Part shown: piece by piece, positions 21,623 through 31,734 of the stretch | Numbering within the stretch: the first letter of the stretch is position 1 | Layout: each line of letters begins with the position of its first letter | Assembly (NCBI GenBank): GCA_938003745.1 | Contig: CALKXS010000084.1 | Coordinates: 6,746-70,745 of the forward strand | Origin: an uncultured Algibacter sp. | Lineage (GTDB): Bacteria; Bacteroidota; Bacteroidia; Flavobacteriales; Flavobacteriaceae | Reading direction: 5' to 3' | DNA length: 64,000 nt | Program-made: the position numbers and the translations under genes | Notes under the pieces: model-generated | Told to the model about the DNA's origin: nothing | Database searches by the model: none | What the model saw: the letters and a program-made list of their open reading frames with translations, nothing else

Positions 21623-23257
21623 TTAATTTTTCTTTACCCTTTTCAAGTCTAATAAGTTAGTTGGATTAATACCTAAACCGGAAACGTTTTTTCGTGTGAA
21701 ACGCACAACTTCATCATAAAATAAAGGAATTACTGGGGCGCTTTGCATAACTAGAGAATCCATTTTTGTGTATAGTGATTCTCGTTTCAAAGTGTTTGTT
21801 TCTGTAAATGCTTGCTCATACCAAGTGTCAAATTGATTATTTTTATAATGACTGTAGTTTGGTCCATTAGGCGCAAAGTTTTTACTATAATATAAAGAAA
21901 GATAGTTTTCTGCATCTGGATAATCAGCAACCCAACTTGCTCTAAATAAATCTAACTGTCCGTTAGCTTTAGCGTCTCTTATGGTTGATCCTGGTATAAC
22001 ATCTATATTTATAATTAGACCGATTTTTTGAAGTTCACGTTGAATATATTCACTAAAACTTAAATAGTTACCAATTGTTGTAATAGTTATTTCGGGTTTA
22101 GAATCACCAGTTTCTTCTTTGTATTGTTCTATTAATTGTTTTGATTTTTCTGGTTGATGATTATATCCTATTGAGTTGTCGTAACCTGGTAACCCTTTAG
22201 GAATAAAACCTCCATTAGCAGGGATGCCAACTCCGTTACGTAAATAAATCATCATTTTTTTTCTATCAAAACCATAATTTACAGCTTTCCTTAATGATTC
22301 AGATTGTATTTCGGTGATTTTGCTATCCATATAAAAGGCAAGATACTCTGTGTTTAAATATGGGCCTCTAATCATGTTTATAGAAGCCGTATAAATCGGT
22401 CTTAATTCTCCTGTAGTTGTTAATATTTCATCCTTATATGAGGCGTCAAGCCCAGAAACAAAATCGATATTACCTTGAGCAAATTGAAGAAATTCACTTT
22501 GTTTATCGGGTAAAAATGTAATAGCTATTGCTTCAAGATATGGAAGTCTTTGTTTTTGAACATCCTTTTCAAAATACAAGGTGTTTTTTCTAAAAACTAG
22601 TTTAATATTTTCTTCCCAACGTTTAAATTTAAAAGGGCCTGTTCCAATTGGGTTTGATCTAAAATCACTTTTATAATATTCTACAATTTCTTTAGGAACT
22701 ACCGAGCAATATTTCATGCTTAATAGTCCAAGAAAAGCAGGGAAAGGTTGTGTTAGCTTAATTTGAAATAACGTATCATTCACAGCTTTAAAATTATCAA
22801 CTTTGTTTAAAACCCAACTACCTGGTGAGGCAATTTGTTTGTCTAACAAGCGATTAAAACTGTATTCAAAATCTTTGGCCGTAACTATTCGTGTTGAATC
22901 CTTTCCAAAGAGCTTATGTTTATGAAAATACACGTCATTTCTAAGAGAAAAAGAATAGGTTAGCGAGTTATCATTTATAGACCATTTTTTTGCAATACAA
23001 GGCTGTACATTTAGTTTTTCATTCATTTGAACCAAACCATTAAATAATTGGTTAGTTGCCCAAATATCAGCATTGTCTTTTGCGAAAACGGGATCTAATG
23101 AGCCTATGTTTTTATGCTCATTATATCTAAATACAAGGTTGTCATTGTTCGTTTTATTACTCTTTTTACAAGAAAAAAATAGTGTAAATAATACTAATCC
23201 CAAAAAACAAAAAGTGGAATATTTTCTATAGATCTTATTTTTTATAATCACCGCCAT
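21623..23257 (-). CDS. ABC transporter family 5 (OppA/DppA-like) substrate-binding lipoprotein
   Basis: Lipobox FFSC; SLDP...LFNGLV; PIGTGPF; WVADYPD. Confidence 0.9.
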   Translation of the reverse strand: MAVIIKNKIYRKYSTFCFLGLVLFTLFFSCKKSNKTNNDNLVFRYNEHKNIGSLDPVFAKDNADIWATNQLFNGLVQMNEKLNVQPCIAKKWSINDNSLTYSFSLRNDVYFHKHKLFGKDSTRIVTAKDFEYSFNRLLDKQIASPGSWVLNKVDNFKAVNDTLFQIKLTQPFPAFLGLLSMKYCSVVPKEIVEYYKSDFRSNPIGTGPFKFKRWEENIKLVFRKNTLYFEKDVQKQRLPYLEAIAITFLPDKQSEFLQFAQGNIDFVSGLDASYKDEILTTTGELRPIYTASINMIRGPYLNTEYLAFYMDSKITEIQSESLRKAVNYGFDRKKMMIYLRNGVGIPANGGFIPKGLPGYDNSIGYNHQPEKSKQLIEQYKEETGDSKPEITITTIGNYLSFSEYIQRELQKIGLIINIDVIPGSTIRDAKANGQLDLFRASWVADYPDAENYLSLYYSKNFAPNGPNYSHYKNNQFDTWYEQAFTETNTLKRESLYTKMDSLVMQSAPVIPLFYDEVVRFTRKNVSGLGINPTNLLDLKRVKKN

Positions 23258-23461
23258 TATTTAATTATTCAAAAATATAGCTTTTTTATAATCTTCCTAT
23301 TCTAAATTATTTATTAATTTAGACCGTGACTTTTTAAAATGTACTATGTCATAATTAATAAGAAAAACACAAATTGCTGTTTTGTATATAAGTCTCTCAA
23401 AGGACTAATTAATAGCTTTTTGGTTTAAGTTAAGTAGCATTTCAGTAATGAAACGCCGTTT

Positions 23462-25216
23462 TTATGCTTCAGGTAAAGATGTCCAGTTTTTTATAACTTT
23501 TGAATACAGGTAAATAAATATTAAATTCAAGAAGAATAAAACATAACTCCAATATATTCCTAAACTATTAATTAAAGTAAAACAATCTTCATTAAAAAGG
23601 TTTAAAGAATAACTGTTTTTACAACTATCTGATTGATGCATTGATATTGTGGTAATTATCAATAATATGTAAAGTATAAACCCCATTATTGAAATATTTA
23701 GACAAATAGCAACAATTAGTTTTTTTATTTTCTTGCTAAAAAAGATAGGAACAGAAAAAATTATACTAGCTAGTATTAATGTTAAATATGAAATAAAATA
23801 AGTTTCACTATTATTACTAAGCCCGCTTATATAAGAATACGATACTGTTAATAAGCTTATAAGAATAATAAGAATACCCGAACTTATAATAGAGAATAAA
23901 AGTGGTTTTAATCCTGAGATTTTAAACATGAATATGAGTGCGGCTATAAAGAACGAAAACCATAGAAAGAAATGGATGCTTTCTAAATGAGTTGTACTTG
24001 CTTTTATTGCTTCAATGTTTTCAAAAACATTATGCAAAGCACTTTTTTTTATATAATAATCTGTAATGTGTTCCTCATAGAAATTTGTAAGTGCACTTTC
24101 TGGTGTTTCAGGCGCATACATTAAGGTGGATTTAGGTTCTGATCGTATTAATGATTTTAATTCAAAATTATCAGGATGATAAATTAATTGAAACCATTTG
24201 TCAGGATTAATGTTATATGCTACTTCATATCGGTCACAAACTTCTAAAAATTCTGATAATATTTTCTGAATTTCTTTTTCGTTGTTTCGGGTTAAAATGT
24301 CATGAGCATGTTTATTCCAAATGGTGTTATTGTTATTGAATTTTTCATTGTAATTATCATAATTTATATTATCAATTATTTTATTTTCTTCAGATAAATA
24401 ATAAATCTGAGAATAATTATAATAACTAGGTTTTGAGTTTTTTACATATTTTGATACATCGATAATGGAATCTTTGTAATAATAAACTCTGGTAGAATCT
24501 AATGTTTTGTGAAAAACAGCACCAATATGTTCATCATTATATATGTCATCTTTGAGAGAGGTTTCCTTTTGCTTAAGTGTATAAAAACGGTATTTGTAAT
24601 CTAAGAATTTTAAGTATGGACTAACAGTGTCTTTTTGAAATTTAGAGAATGATACAGAGTCTCGTTCAGAACCTAAATATGTTTCACAATATAGACTGCT
24701 AAAAGGTTTTGGGTATCTTTTTTTGTTAATAGTATATGTTTCTATAGCATTAGAAAAAAATATAGCTGCAGTGTTAGAAGCATTAATTTCTTTATCTATA
24801 CTTTCTTTAGGATAAGTTTTACATATGTAGCTTTTTAAACCTATACTATGCGAGATAAAAAATGTTGTAGAACTAAATACAATAGTAAGTATGCATAAGT
24901 ATTGCTTAAATATTTTTGCTCTATTTGTTGGGTAAAAACTTTTAAATGCATTGTTTTTAAAAAAATAGATAAGCCAAATAACAAGTAATAGTGCAGAGAT
25001 AATAATGCTAATAAAAATAGTTCCATTTTCAAAAAAAATGGATTCGGCATTATACTCTTGAAGTATTTTGGGGTTTGTAAGAGAGGTAAAACCTAAAATA
25101 AAAAAAAGAATGTGTAGAATAAGTGAAACAGATAACATCCAAAGTAGCTTTGTGTTCCATATAATAGGATATTTTTCTAGTAAGTATTGATTGATTTTAT
25201 ATGCTAATTTTTTCAT
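23462..25216 (-). CDS. Multi-pass membrane protein, probable permease partner of the upstream ATPase
   Basis: TM clusters at both ends around a large soluble loop; 12 nt from the ATPase gene. Confidence 0.65.
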   Translation of the reverse strand: MKKLAYKINQYLLEKYPIIWNTKLLWMLSVSLILHILFFILGFTSLTNPKILQEYNAESIFFENGTIFISIIISALLLVIWLIYFFKNNAFKSFYPTNRAKIFKQYLCILTIVFSSTTFFISHSIGLKSYICKTYPKESIDKEINASNTAAIFFSNAIETYTINKKRYPKPFSSLYCETYLGSERDSVSFSKFQKDTVSPYLKFLDYKYRFYTLKQKETSLKDDIYNDEHIGAVFHKTLDSTRVYYYKDSIIDVSKYVKNSKPSYYNYSQIYYLSEENKIIDNINYDNYNEKFNNNNTIWNKHAHDILTRNNEKEIQKILSEFLEVCDRYEVAYNINPDKWFQLIYHPDNFELKSLIRSEPKSTLMYAPETPESALTNFYEEHITDYYIKKSALHNVFENIEAIKASTTHLESIHFFLWFSFFIAALIFMFKISGLKPLLFSIISSGILIILISLLTVSYSYISGLSNNSETYFISYLTLILASIIFSVPIFFSKKIKKLIVAICLNISIMGFILYILLIITTISMHQSDSCKNSYSLNLFNEDCFTLINSLGIYWSYVLFFLNLIFIYLYSKVIKNWTSLPEA

Positions 25217-25228
25217 TGAGTGGGATGG

Positions 25229-26374
25229 TTAAGAAACAAAGAAACGACGTGTTGAGTTTGTTATGTTTCGAGTATAGGTTACATCAATTTTTTGTTTTCC
25301 TAAGTTTTCTAAAACTGAAGAAAAAGATGTTTCTTTAGAAAAATACGCAATGTAAATACCGCCATTGAAAATTAATTTTTTCAAACTTAATTTAGAAAAG
25401 GATTCTTTTAAAATATCTCTATCGCAATTACAGTCTATTTCAATAATTAAATAATCGTCAATTTGTGATGTTATGTTTTCTTTATATTGACCATCTTTAA
25501 GGTATATTACATTATCTGAAACTTTTTCAACTTCATAAAGTTGTTGAGAGCTTAATATTAATGCAATCGGATTATTTATAGAATTACAAATAGATTTTAA
25601 GTCTTCTAAAATAACTTGTTGCGCTAACACATCTAAGTTAGCAAGGGGTTCGTCTAAAAGTAGTAGTTCTGGTTGTCTTAGAAGGGTTCGTGCAAGTTCA
25701 AAACGCATTTTGTAACCAGAAGAAAGTTCATTCCATTTAAGATGTTTGTAATTCCAAAGCCCAAATCTAGCGATCATCATTAAAACTCTAGTTTCATTCT
25801 CTTTTGGAGGTATTCCATAGCTAGATAAAACAAATTTAAGGTTGTCTTTCAAACTACCATACCATTTTTGAGTACGTTGAGGGATGTAAACTAATTTGAA
25901 ACGTAAATCATAATCATCATTAAATTTATTAGCTAAATTAAAATCTAGATTTCCGCTACTCAAATTCAATTCTTTGGCTAATATTCTTAAAAGAGTAGTT
26001 TTTCCATTTCCATTTTCGCCAACTAAACCATAAACTTGACCTTTATGAATTTTAATAGAAATAGGGCCTAGTTTAAAACGATTTGAGCCATAACTTTTAG
26101 TTAGTTCAATCCCTTCTAAAACAGGGGTTTTAGAGTTGTGTTCTTTAATTTGTATTTTAGAAATTATATTTAATATTTCTAAAGATTTTTCTTTGAATAA
26201 TTCTTCTTTTAAAGGATTTTTTTCTTTCCAATCTGTAAGGTCTATTATTTTATTATAGATATCAAGGTTTTGCGTGTCTATGGCGCAATCCATGAGTTTT
26301 CTATAGCCTAAAAAAATATCATTATTTTCAAAAAAAGAAGCAACTTCTCTAATTCTAGCTTCAGCTTTAGACAT
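25229..26374 (-). CDS. ABC transporter ATP-binding protein with N-terminal extension
   Basis: GENGNGKT, LSSGY, LLLDEP. Confidence 0.88.
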   Translation of the reverse strand: MSKAEARIREVASFFENNDIFLGYRKLMDCAIDTQNLDIYNKIIDLTDWKEKNPLKEELFKEKSLEILNIISKIQIKEHNSKTPVLEGIELTKSYGSNRFKLGPISIKIHKGQVYGLVGENGNGKTTLLRILAKELNLSSGNLDFNLANKFNDDYDLRFKLVYIPQRTQKWYGSLKDNLKFVLSSYGIPPKENETRVLMMIARFGLWNYKHLKWNELSSGYKMRFELARTLLRQPELLLLDEPLANLDVLAQQVILEDLKSICNSINNPIALILSSQQLYEVEKVSDNVIYLKDGQYKENITSQIDDYLIIEIDCNCDRDILKESFSKLSLKKLIFNGGIYIAYFSKETSFSSVLENLGKQKIDVTYTRNITNSTRRFFVS

Positions 26375-26411
26375 AAGTATGGTAAATTAAGTTCTGTCTT
26401 TATAACTAAGA

Positions 26412-26442
26412 TTGTAATACTTGAAGCAATTGCTTAAATTTG
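26412..26442 (+). promoter_or_regulatory. Bacteroidota promoter for mtaB
   Basis: TTG, 20 nt spacer, TAAATTTG. Confidence 0.5.
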
Positions 26443-26512
26443 CAAGCTTTTAAGTTAGAAGACAGGTAAATATAAATACAATTTTGACATAATAGAAATT
26501 GAAACATAATAA

Positions 26513-27838
26513 ATGAATAAAAAAGTAGCATTCTACACTTTAGGTTGTAAGTTAAATTTTTCTGAAACATCTACTATTGCAAGAAGTTTTGTAAGTGAGG
26601 GGTTTGACCGTGTTGATTTTTCTGAAAATGCAGATATATATGTGATTAATACATGTTCTGTAACTGAGAATGCAGACAAACGTTTTAAAACTATAGTAAA
26701 GCAAGCTCAAAAGAGTAATCCAGAGGCATTTGTTGCTGCTGTTGGATGTTATGCACAATTAAAACCACAAGAGTTAGCAGATGTTGATGGTGTAGACTTG
26801 GTTTTAGGAGCTACTGAAAAATTTAAGATCACAGATTATTTAAATGATTTAACTAAAAATGATTTTGGAGAAGTGCACTCTTGTGAAATTGAGGATGCTG
26901 ATTTTTATGTTGGTTCCTATTCTATAGGAGATCGAACTCGAGCGTTTCTAAAAGTGCAAGATGGTTGTGATTATAAATGTACATATTGTACAATTCCTTT
27001 GGCGCGTGGTATCTCTAGAAGTGACACTATGGTTAATGTTTTGAAGAATGCTAAAGAAATTTCAAAACAAAACATAAAAGAAATTGTTTTAACAGGTGTT
27101 AATATTGGCGATTACGGTAAAGGTGAATTTGGTAATAAAAAACATGAACATACCTTTTTAGATTTGGTAACCGAACTAGATAAGGTTGAAGGTATTGAAC
27201 GTTTACGTATTTCTTCAATAGAACCAAATTTATTAAAAAATGAAACGATTGATTTAGTTTCAAAAAGTAGAGCATTTGTACCTCATTTTCATATGCCGCT
27301 TCAGTCTGGAAGTAATGATGTTTTAAAAAAAATGAAACGTCGCTACATGAAAGAATTGTACGTTGATCGCGTTTCTAAGATAAAAGAAGTTATGTCGCAC
27401 GCTTGTATAGGTGTAGATGTTATTGTTGGTTTTCCAGGAGAAACCGATGAGCATTTTCTTGAGACTTATAATTTTCTAAACGAATTAGATATCTCTTATT
27501 TACATGTTTTTGCATATTCAGAACGAGATAATACTGAAGCTGCAAAAATGGAAGATGTGATACCTGGCAATATTAGAAGTAAAAGAAGTAAAATGTTAAG
27601 AGGTTTATCTGTTAAAAAACGTCGTGCTTTTTATGAAAGTCAAATAAAAAGTAAAAGAGCTGTTTTGTTTGAAAGCGAAAACAAAGAAGGTTACATTCAT
27701 GGGTTTACAGAAAATTACGTTAAGGTAAAAGCGCCATGGAATCCAGAGCTGGTAAATACATTACATGAAGTAGAACTTACTGAAATTGATGAAGATGGTG
27801 TAGTTAGATTTGATTTTGTATCTGCTCTTTCTAAATAA
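26513..27838 (+). CDS. mtaB: tRNA t6A37 C2-methylthiotransferase
   Basis: TLGCKLNFSE, INTCSVT, CDYKCTYC radical SAM motif, RLRISSIEP, GFTENY. Confidence 0.95.
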   Translation: MNKKVAFYTLGCKLNFSETSTIARSFVSEGFDRVDFSENADIYVINTCSVTENADKRFKTIVKQAQKSNPEAFVAAVGCYAQLKPQELADVDGVDLVLGATEKFKITDYLNDLTKNDFGEVHSCEIEDADFYVGSYSIGDRTRAFLKVQDGCDYKCTYCTIPLARGISRSDTMVNVLKNAKEISKQNIKEIVLTGVNIGDYGKGEFGNKKHEHTFLDLVTELDKVEGIERLRISSIEPNLLKNETIDLVSKSRAFVPHFHMPLQSGSNDVLKKMKRRYMKELYVDRVSKIKEVMSHACIGVDVIVGFPGETDEHFLETYNFLNELDISYLHVFAYSERDNTEAAKMEDVIPGNIRSKRSKMLRGLSVKKRRAFYESQIKSKRAVLFESENKEGYIHGFTENYVKVKAPWNPELVNTLHEVELTEIDEDGVVRFDFVSALSK

Positions 27839-27840
27839 TA

Positions 27841-27891
27841 CAAGTCTATTCTTCTAAAAACCTGTAGTTTGTCTGGTTTTTAATAGACTTG
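27841..27891. terminator. Hairpin downstream of mtaB
   Basis: CAAGTCTATT...AATAGACTTG enclosing AAAAACC...GGTTTTT. Confidence 0.45.
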
Positions 27892-27955
27892 ACTAATATT
27901 TTATAATAATAAATAGCATCGTATTACTTTGTATGTAACAAAACCTCCCAAAGCT

Positions 27956-28333
27956 ATGAAAAAACTACTTTTTACTTTAAGTTGTGTAATTACCTTGCCT
28001 TTTTTGATAAGCTGTTCTAAAGATGATATTAATCAAGATGTTGATTTACTAGGAGTATGGGAAACTAATCAAAATTCTACAGGTATTTATACTTTAGTTT
28101 TTGGAAACGATAATACAGGTTTACGCATTACAAAAAGTGAATTTGATTCTGGTGAAATAGTTTCTAATGCAATTCCTTTTAATTGGAAAGTGAATGATAA
28201 AGAGGTTATGCTTTTAGATGATGAGATAGCTCAAAATATATATATAATAAATGATAAAGGAGAGCTTGTTTTAAGCAGTTCTAAAGATTTACGATTAGAA
28301 AAGATATCTAATCATTATTCAAAATATTATTAA
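27956..28333 (+). CDS. Hypothetical lipoprotein (lipocalin-like)
   Basis: MKKLL...LISC lipobox, followed by SKDD and LLGVW. Confidence 0.7.
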   Translation: MKKLLFTLSCVITLPFLISCSKDDINQDVDLLGVWETNQNSTGIYTLVFGNDNTGLRITKSEFDSGEIVSNAIPFNWKVNDKEVMLLDDEIAQNIYIINDKGELVLSSSKDLRLEKISNHYSKYY

Positions 28334-28352
28334 CTAGAAGTTGAAACTATAT

Positions 28353-28399
28353 AATATAAGAAAACAGAAACTACTTTAAAGGTTTCTGTTTCTTATATT
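28353..28399. terminator. Bidirectional terminator between convergent genes
   Basis: AATATAAGAAAACAGAAAC...GTTTCTGTTTCTTATATT. Confidence 0.65.
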
Positions 28400-28414
28400 T
28401 ACAACTGTTGTTTG

Positions 28415-28711
28415 CTATATTCTAACACCTACAGGAAGCATACGTTTATATTTTCTATTGCTACGAACAAATTTTGCTATTTCTGGACTTGTAGGAACAA
28501 CACTTAAGTTACGTTCTTGAATTTGTTCAAAAACAGCCGCTAAAAATTCTTTGCTAAAGCCTTGATCTATAACTTCTTCAGGTATAATGATTTTAGTTAG
28601 AAAAATCTTTCGCTCTTGTAAAGAATACTCAATTTTGGCTAATTTGTCATCAATTTTCATTTCAAACTGACGTAAAAAATCATTATCTATTAATTCAGCA
28701 GCATCAACCAT
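28415..28711 (-). CDS. Small GNAT-like protein (YjdJ-like)
   Basis: DNDFLRQFE...KIFLTK...VVPTSP. Confidence 0.75.
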   Translation of the reverse strand: MVDAAELIDNDFLRQFEMKIDDKLAKIEYSLQERKIFLTKIIIPEEVIDQGFSKEFLAAVFEQIQERNLSVVPTSPEIAKFVRSNRKYKRMLPVGVRI

Positions 28712-28943
28712 AGTGTATTTATTTTAGTTTAAGAATTTTAAATAGTGAGTACTATTTATCTAACTTTGCGGTGCAAATTTACAAAAAAAATGCCAGTTTT
28801 AAGATTAAAGAGAGTTAAAACCTTAAAAAATAAACTATTAGGTTTTTTAAAAAATATGCCTTTGAAAAACTCATATTAAAACAGAATAAAAATATTTTAT
28901 AACAACATTAATATATGTCGTAAAAATCTTATAAATTTATTGC

Positions 28944-29609
28944 ATGAATAGAGAATTAATCCATGTTTATTTAATGCCAGGAATGGCAGCAAGTCCATTA
29001 ATCTTTGAATATATAAAATTGCCAAAGGATCAATTTCAAATTCACTTATTAGAATGGTTTATTCCAGAAGAAGATGAATCTCTTAGTGATTATGCATTAC
29101 GTATGTGTAAATGTATAGAAGAAGATAATATTGTTTTATTAGGTGTTTCCTTTGGAGGTGTTTTAGTGCAAGAAATGAGCAAACATATTAATTTGCGTAA
29201 GTTAATTATTGTGTCTAGCGTCAAATCTGTTTATGAATTACCCAGACACATGCTTCTAGCAAAAGTAACTAAGGCTTATAAGTTAGTGCCAACACAATTG
29301 GCAAGTAATGTAGATGTATTAGAAAAATACGCTTATGGAGAGGTTGTAACTAAACGTATAGAGTTATATAAGAAATATTTATCTGTTAATAATAGTAAAT
29401 ATTTAAAATGGGCTATTAAAAACATGGTGTGTTGGAGTCAAGAAAAGCCAAATCCTAAGATTATTCATATTCATGGAGATAGAGATATGGTCTTTCCTAT
29501 AAAAAATATTAAAGATTGTATTATTTTAAAGAATGGCACTCATATTGCTGTTATTAATAAATATAAGTGGTTTAATGAAAATTTATCACGAATAATCTTA
29601 GGAAGCTAA
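28944..29609 (+). CDS. Alpha/beta hydrolase
   Basis: GVSFG nucleophile elbow; HIHGDRD; GTH. Confidence 0.85.
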   Translation: MNRELIHVYLMPGMAASPLIFEYIKLPKDQFQIHLLEWFIPEEDESLSDYALRMCKCIEEDNIVLLGVSFGGVLVQEMSKHINLRKLIIVSSVKSVYELPRHMLLAKVTKAYKLVPTQLASNVDVLEKYAYGEVVTKRIELYKKYLSVNNSKYLKWAIKNMVCWSQEKPNPKIIHIHGDRDMVFPIKNIKDCIILKNGTHIAVINKYKWFNENLSRIILGS

Positions 29610-29645
29610 GCTATTTTTTTTAATTTTAAAGAAAACTTATTATAG

Positions 29646-30566
29646 ATGAAGACAGTACAGAAAGCCTTGGCATTTGTGGGATTACTAAGTTTATGTTACT
29701 TATTTACTAATGCCTTCCAAGATGCTCCAACCGATGAAAATTTTGAAAAGAAACTCATTAATGATTATAATGTTTATGCCCTTCAAGTTCCAGGAAATTT
29801 AAATTTTGCAGGTGAAGCTATGCCACTAAAAAATCCTGATATTTTAGAGCGCATGGATAGAGAACTATTAGTTAATACCTATTGGCAATCAAACGGGTTA
29901 TTAATGTTTAAACGGGCTAAAAAGTATTTCCCTATTATAGAACCTATTTTGGCTAAATATGGTATTCCCGAAGATTTTAAATACTTAGCAGTTATAGAAA
30001 GTGGATTAACAAATGCTGTATCCCCAGCAGGTGCTCGTGGTGTATGGCAAATTATGCCAGTTACAGGTAAAGAAAATGGTTTAGAAGTTAATAAAAATGT
30101 TGACGAACGCTATAATCTTGAAAAAGCTACTGAAGTGGCTTGTAAATACTTATTAAAATCTAAAAAGAGTTTAGGATCTTGGACTTTAGCTGCGGCAGCA
30201 TATAATGCTGGTACTGCTGGCGTGTCTAGACGATTAAGAGAGCAAAAGGTTAATGGTTATTATGATTTGCTTTTAGGAGAAGAGACAGGTCGCTATTTAT
30301 TTAGAATAGTGGCTTTAAAAGAAATTTTATCTAATGCGAGTAAGTATGGTTTTAATTTTAGAGATAAAGATTTATATAGTAATGTTCCAACTTACAAAGT
30401 AGAAGTAGATACAGCAGTAACAGATCTCTCTAAATTCGCGCAACAATTTGAAATAAATTATAAAGTGTTGAAAATTCATAACCCATGGCTAAGAGAGCCG
30501 CATCTTAATAATAAATCAAGAAAGTTATATCATATTGAAATACCTAAAGAAGGCTATTACAATTAA
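29646..30566 (+). CDS. Lytic transglycosylase (MltD-like SLT domain)
   Basis: LAVIES, GARGVWQIMP, AAAYNAG. Confidence 0.92.
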   Translation: MKTVQKALAFVGLLSLCYLFTNAFQDAPTDENFEKKLINDYNVYALQVPGNLNFAGEAMPLKNPDILERMDRELLVNTYWQSNGLLMFKRAKKYFPIIEPILAKYGIPEDFKYLAVIESGLTNAVSPAGARGVWQIMPVTGKENGLEVNKNVDERYNLEKATEVACKYLLKSKKSLGSWTLAAAAYNAGTAGVSRRLREQKVNGYYDLLLGEETGRYLFRIVALKEILSNASKYGFNFRDKDLYSNVPTYKVEVDTAVTDLSKFAQQFEINYKVLKIHNPWLREPHLNNKSRKLYHIEIPKEGYYN

Positions 30567-30598
30567 AAGCTTTTCTTTTTTTTATTGATTTTAAAATT

Positions 30599-31174
30599 TT
30601 ATCCTCTACGTTTTTGGGATCTTAAAGATCCCCCTGCACCATAATGTTGATTTGGTCCTTGAGCACGTTTCATATTGTCTTTCATCATTTTGATTTGATC
30701 AGTTAACATGCCTTGTTTATCTAGCTTAGTAGCTTCAGTAAGTAGTTTTTGAGCTTCCTGTTTTCTTCTTTTAGAAAAAGCAATACCAGCAAGATTTAAT
30801 TTAGCCATAGCTAAATCATGATCCATAGATAAACCTAAAGCAATAGCTTTTTTAAAATATTTTTCAGATTCATTTACGTTACTTTGAGAATTCATAATAC
30901 CATGCAGATAGTTATAATAACCTTGTTGTTTCTTTACTAAAGCGCCTTCAGGTTTTTTAATTTTATTTAAGAAACTTTTAGCACCATCAAAATCTTGTTT
31001 ACGTAACTTTAAAAATGCAAGTAAGATGAATTCATTTTTAAAATATAAAAACACAAATATTAAAGATAGTAGAATAAGCATAATGCCATTACCAATATAA
31101 CCTTCTGTAAATTGATAAACAGCAAAAGCTATGATACCTGCTGCAATGATTAATTTTATATTTTTATTGAACAT
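30599..31174 (-). CDS. Conserved membrane protein with TPR-like C-terminus
   Basis: Two N-terminal TM helices followed by TPR-like helices. Confidence 0.7.
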   Translation of the reverse strand: MFNKNIKLIIAAGIIAFAVYQFTEGYIGNGIMLILLSLIFVFLYFKNEFILLAFLKLRKQDFDGAKSFLNKIKKPEGALVKKQQGYYNYLHGIMNSQSNVNESEKYFKKAIALGLSMDHDLAMAKLNLAGIAFSKRRKQEAQKLLTEATKLDKQGMLTDQIKMMKDNMKRAQGPNQHYGAGGSLRSQKRRG

Positions 31175-31367
31175 TTTTGATTATTTATAAGTTGAATAGA
31201 TGTTAATTAAACACCTTTAATTAATTAGACTGCAAAGAAACTAATTTTTTATTAAAATGGCCTAATAGATTTTTAACAAAAAAACAACGTAAAGTCCCTA
31301 ATTATGAGGTCTGTTGTAATACTCTTAAGTTAAGAGATAATATTTATTAAATATTTTTAATATAACA

Positions 31368-31398
31368 TTTGTCAAACTGAAAACTCTTTGTATATTTG
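31368..31398 (+). promoter_or_regulatory. Bacteroidota sigma-A promoter for rpmH
   Basis: TTTG, 19 nt spacer, TATATTTG; full consensus match. Confidence 0.7.
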
Positions 31399-31459
31399 CC
31401 CCCAGTTTTGGGTAAGCACCAAATAGAAAGATACAATTCAGATTTAAAAAAATAAGACA

Positions 31460-31621
31460 ATGCCAAAAAGAACGTTTCAACCGTCAAAGAGAAAAAGAAG
31501 AAACAAACACGGTTTCAGAGAAAGAATGGCTTCTGCCAATGGTAGAAAAGTACTTGCTCGTAGAAGAGCTAAAGGTAGAAAGAAAATATCTGTGTCTTCT
31601 GAAGCAAGACATAAGAAATAA
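31460..31621 (+). CDS. rpmH: 50S ribosomal protein L34 (not in ORF track)
   Basis: [42 protein letters not shown]...; 53 aa. Confidence 0.98.
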   Translation: MPKRTFQPSKRKRRNKHGFRERMASANGRKVLARRRAKGRKKISVSSEARHKK

Positions 31622-31643
31622 TGATTAACAATTGTTGATAAAT

Positions 31644-31677
31644 AAAAAGGTGTTGCTTAATAGTAACGCCTTTTTTT
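31644..31677 (+). terminator. Intrinsic terminator after rpmH
   Basis: AAAAAGGTGTTGCT...AGTAACGCCTTTTTTT. Confidence 0.8.
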
Positions 31678-31734
31678 ATATCTGCTAATGTCTATTTTTG
31701 CAAATAGTTATAATAAAACAAAATACAGTAAAAA

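Noticed and set aside
21480-21626. Short open frame VFYDFGKEYYESKWKKKVIVVKDEIQDIGKQIEGN*
   Set aside because: Possibly a gene tail remnant, but it has no convincing start and no family I can assign.
21623-23257. Substrate-binding protein without adjacent import permeases
   Set aside because: As recalled, orphan family 5 binding proteins near mtaB are common in Bacteroidota.
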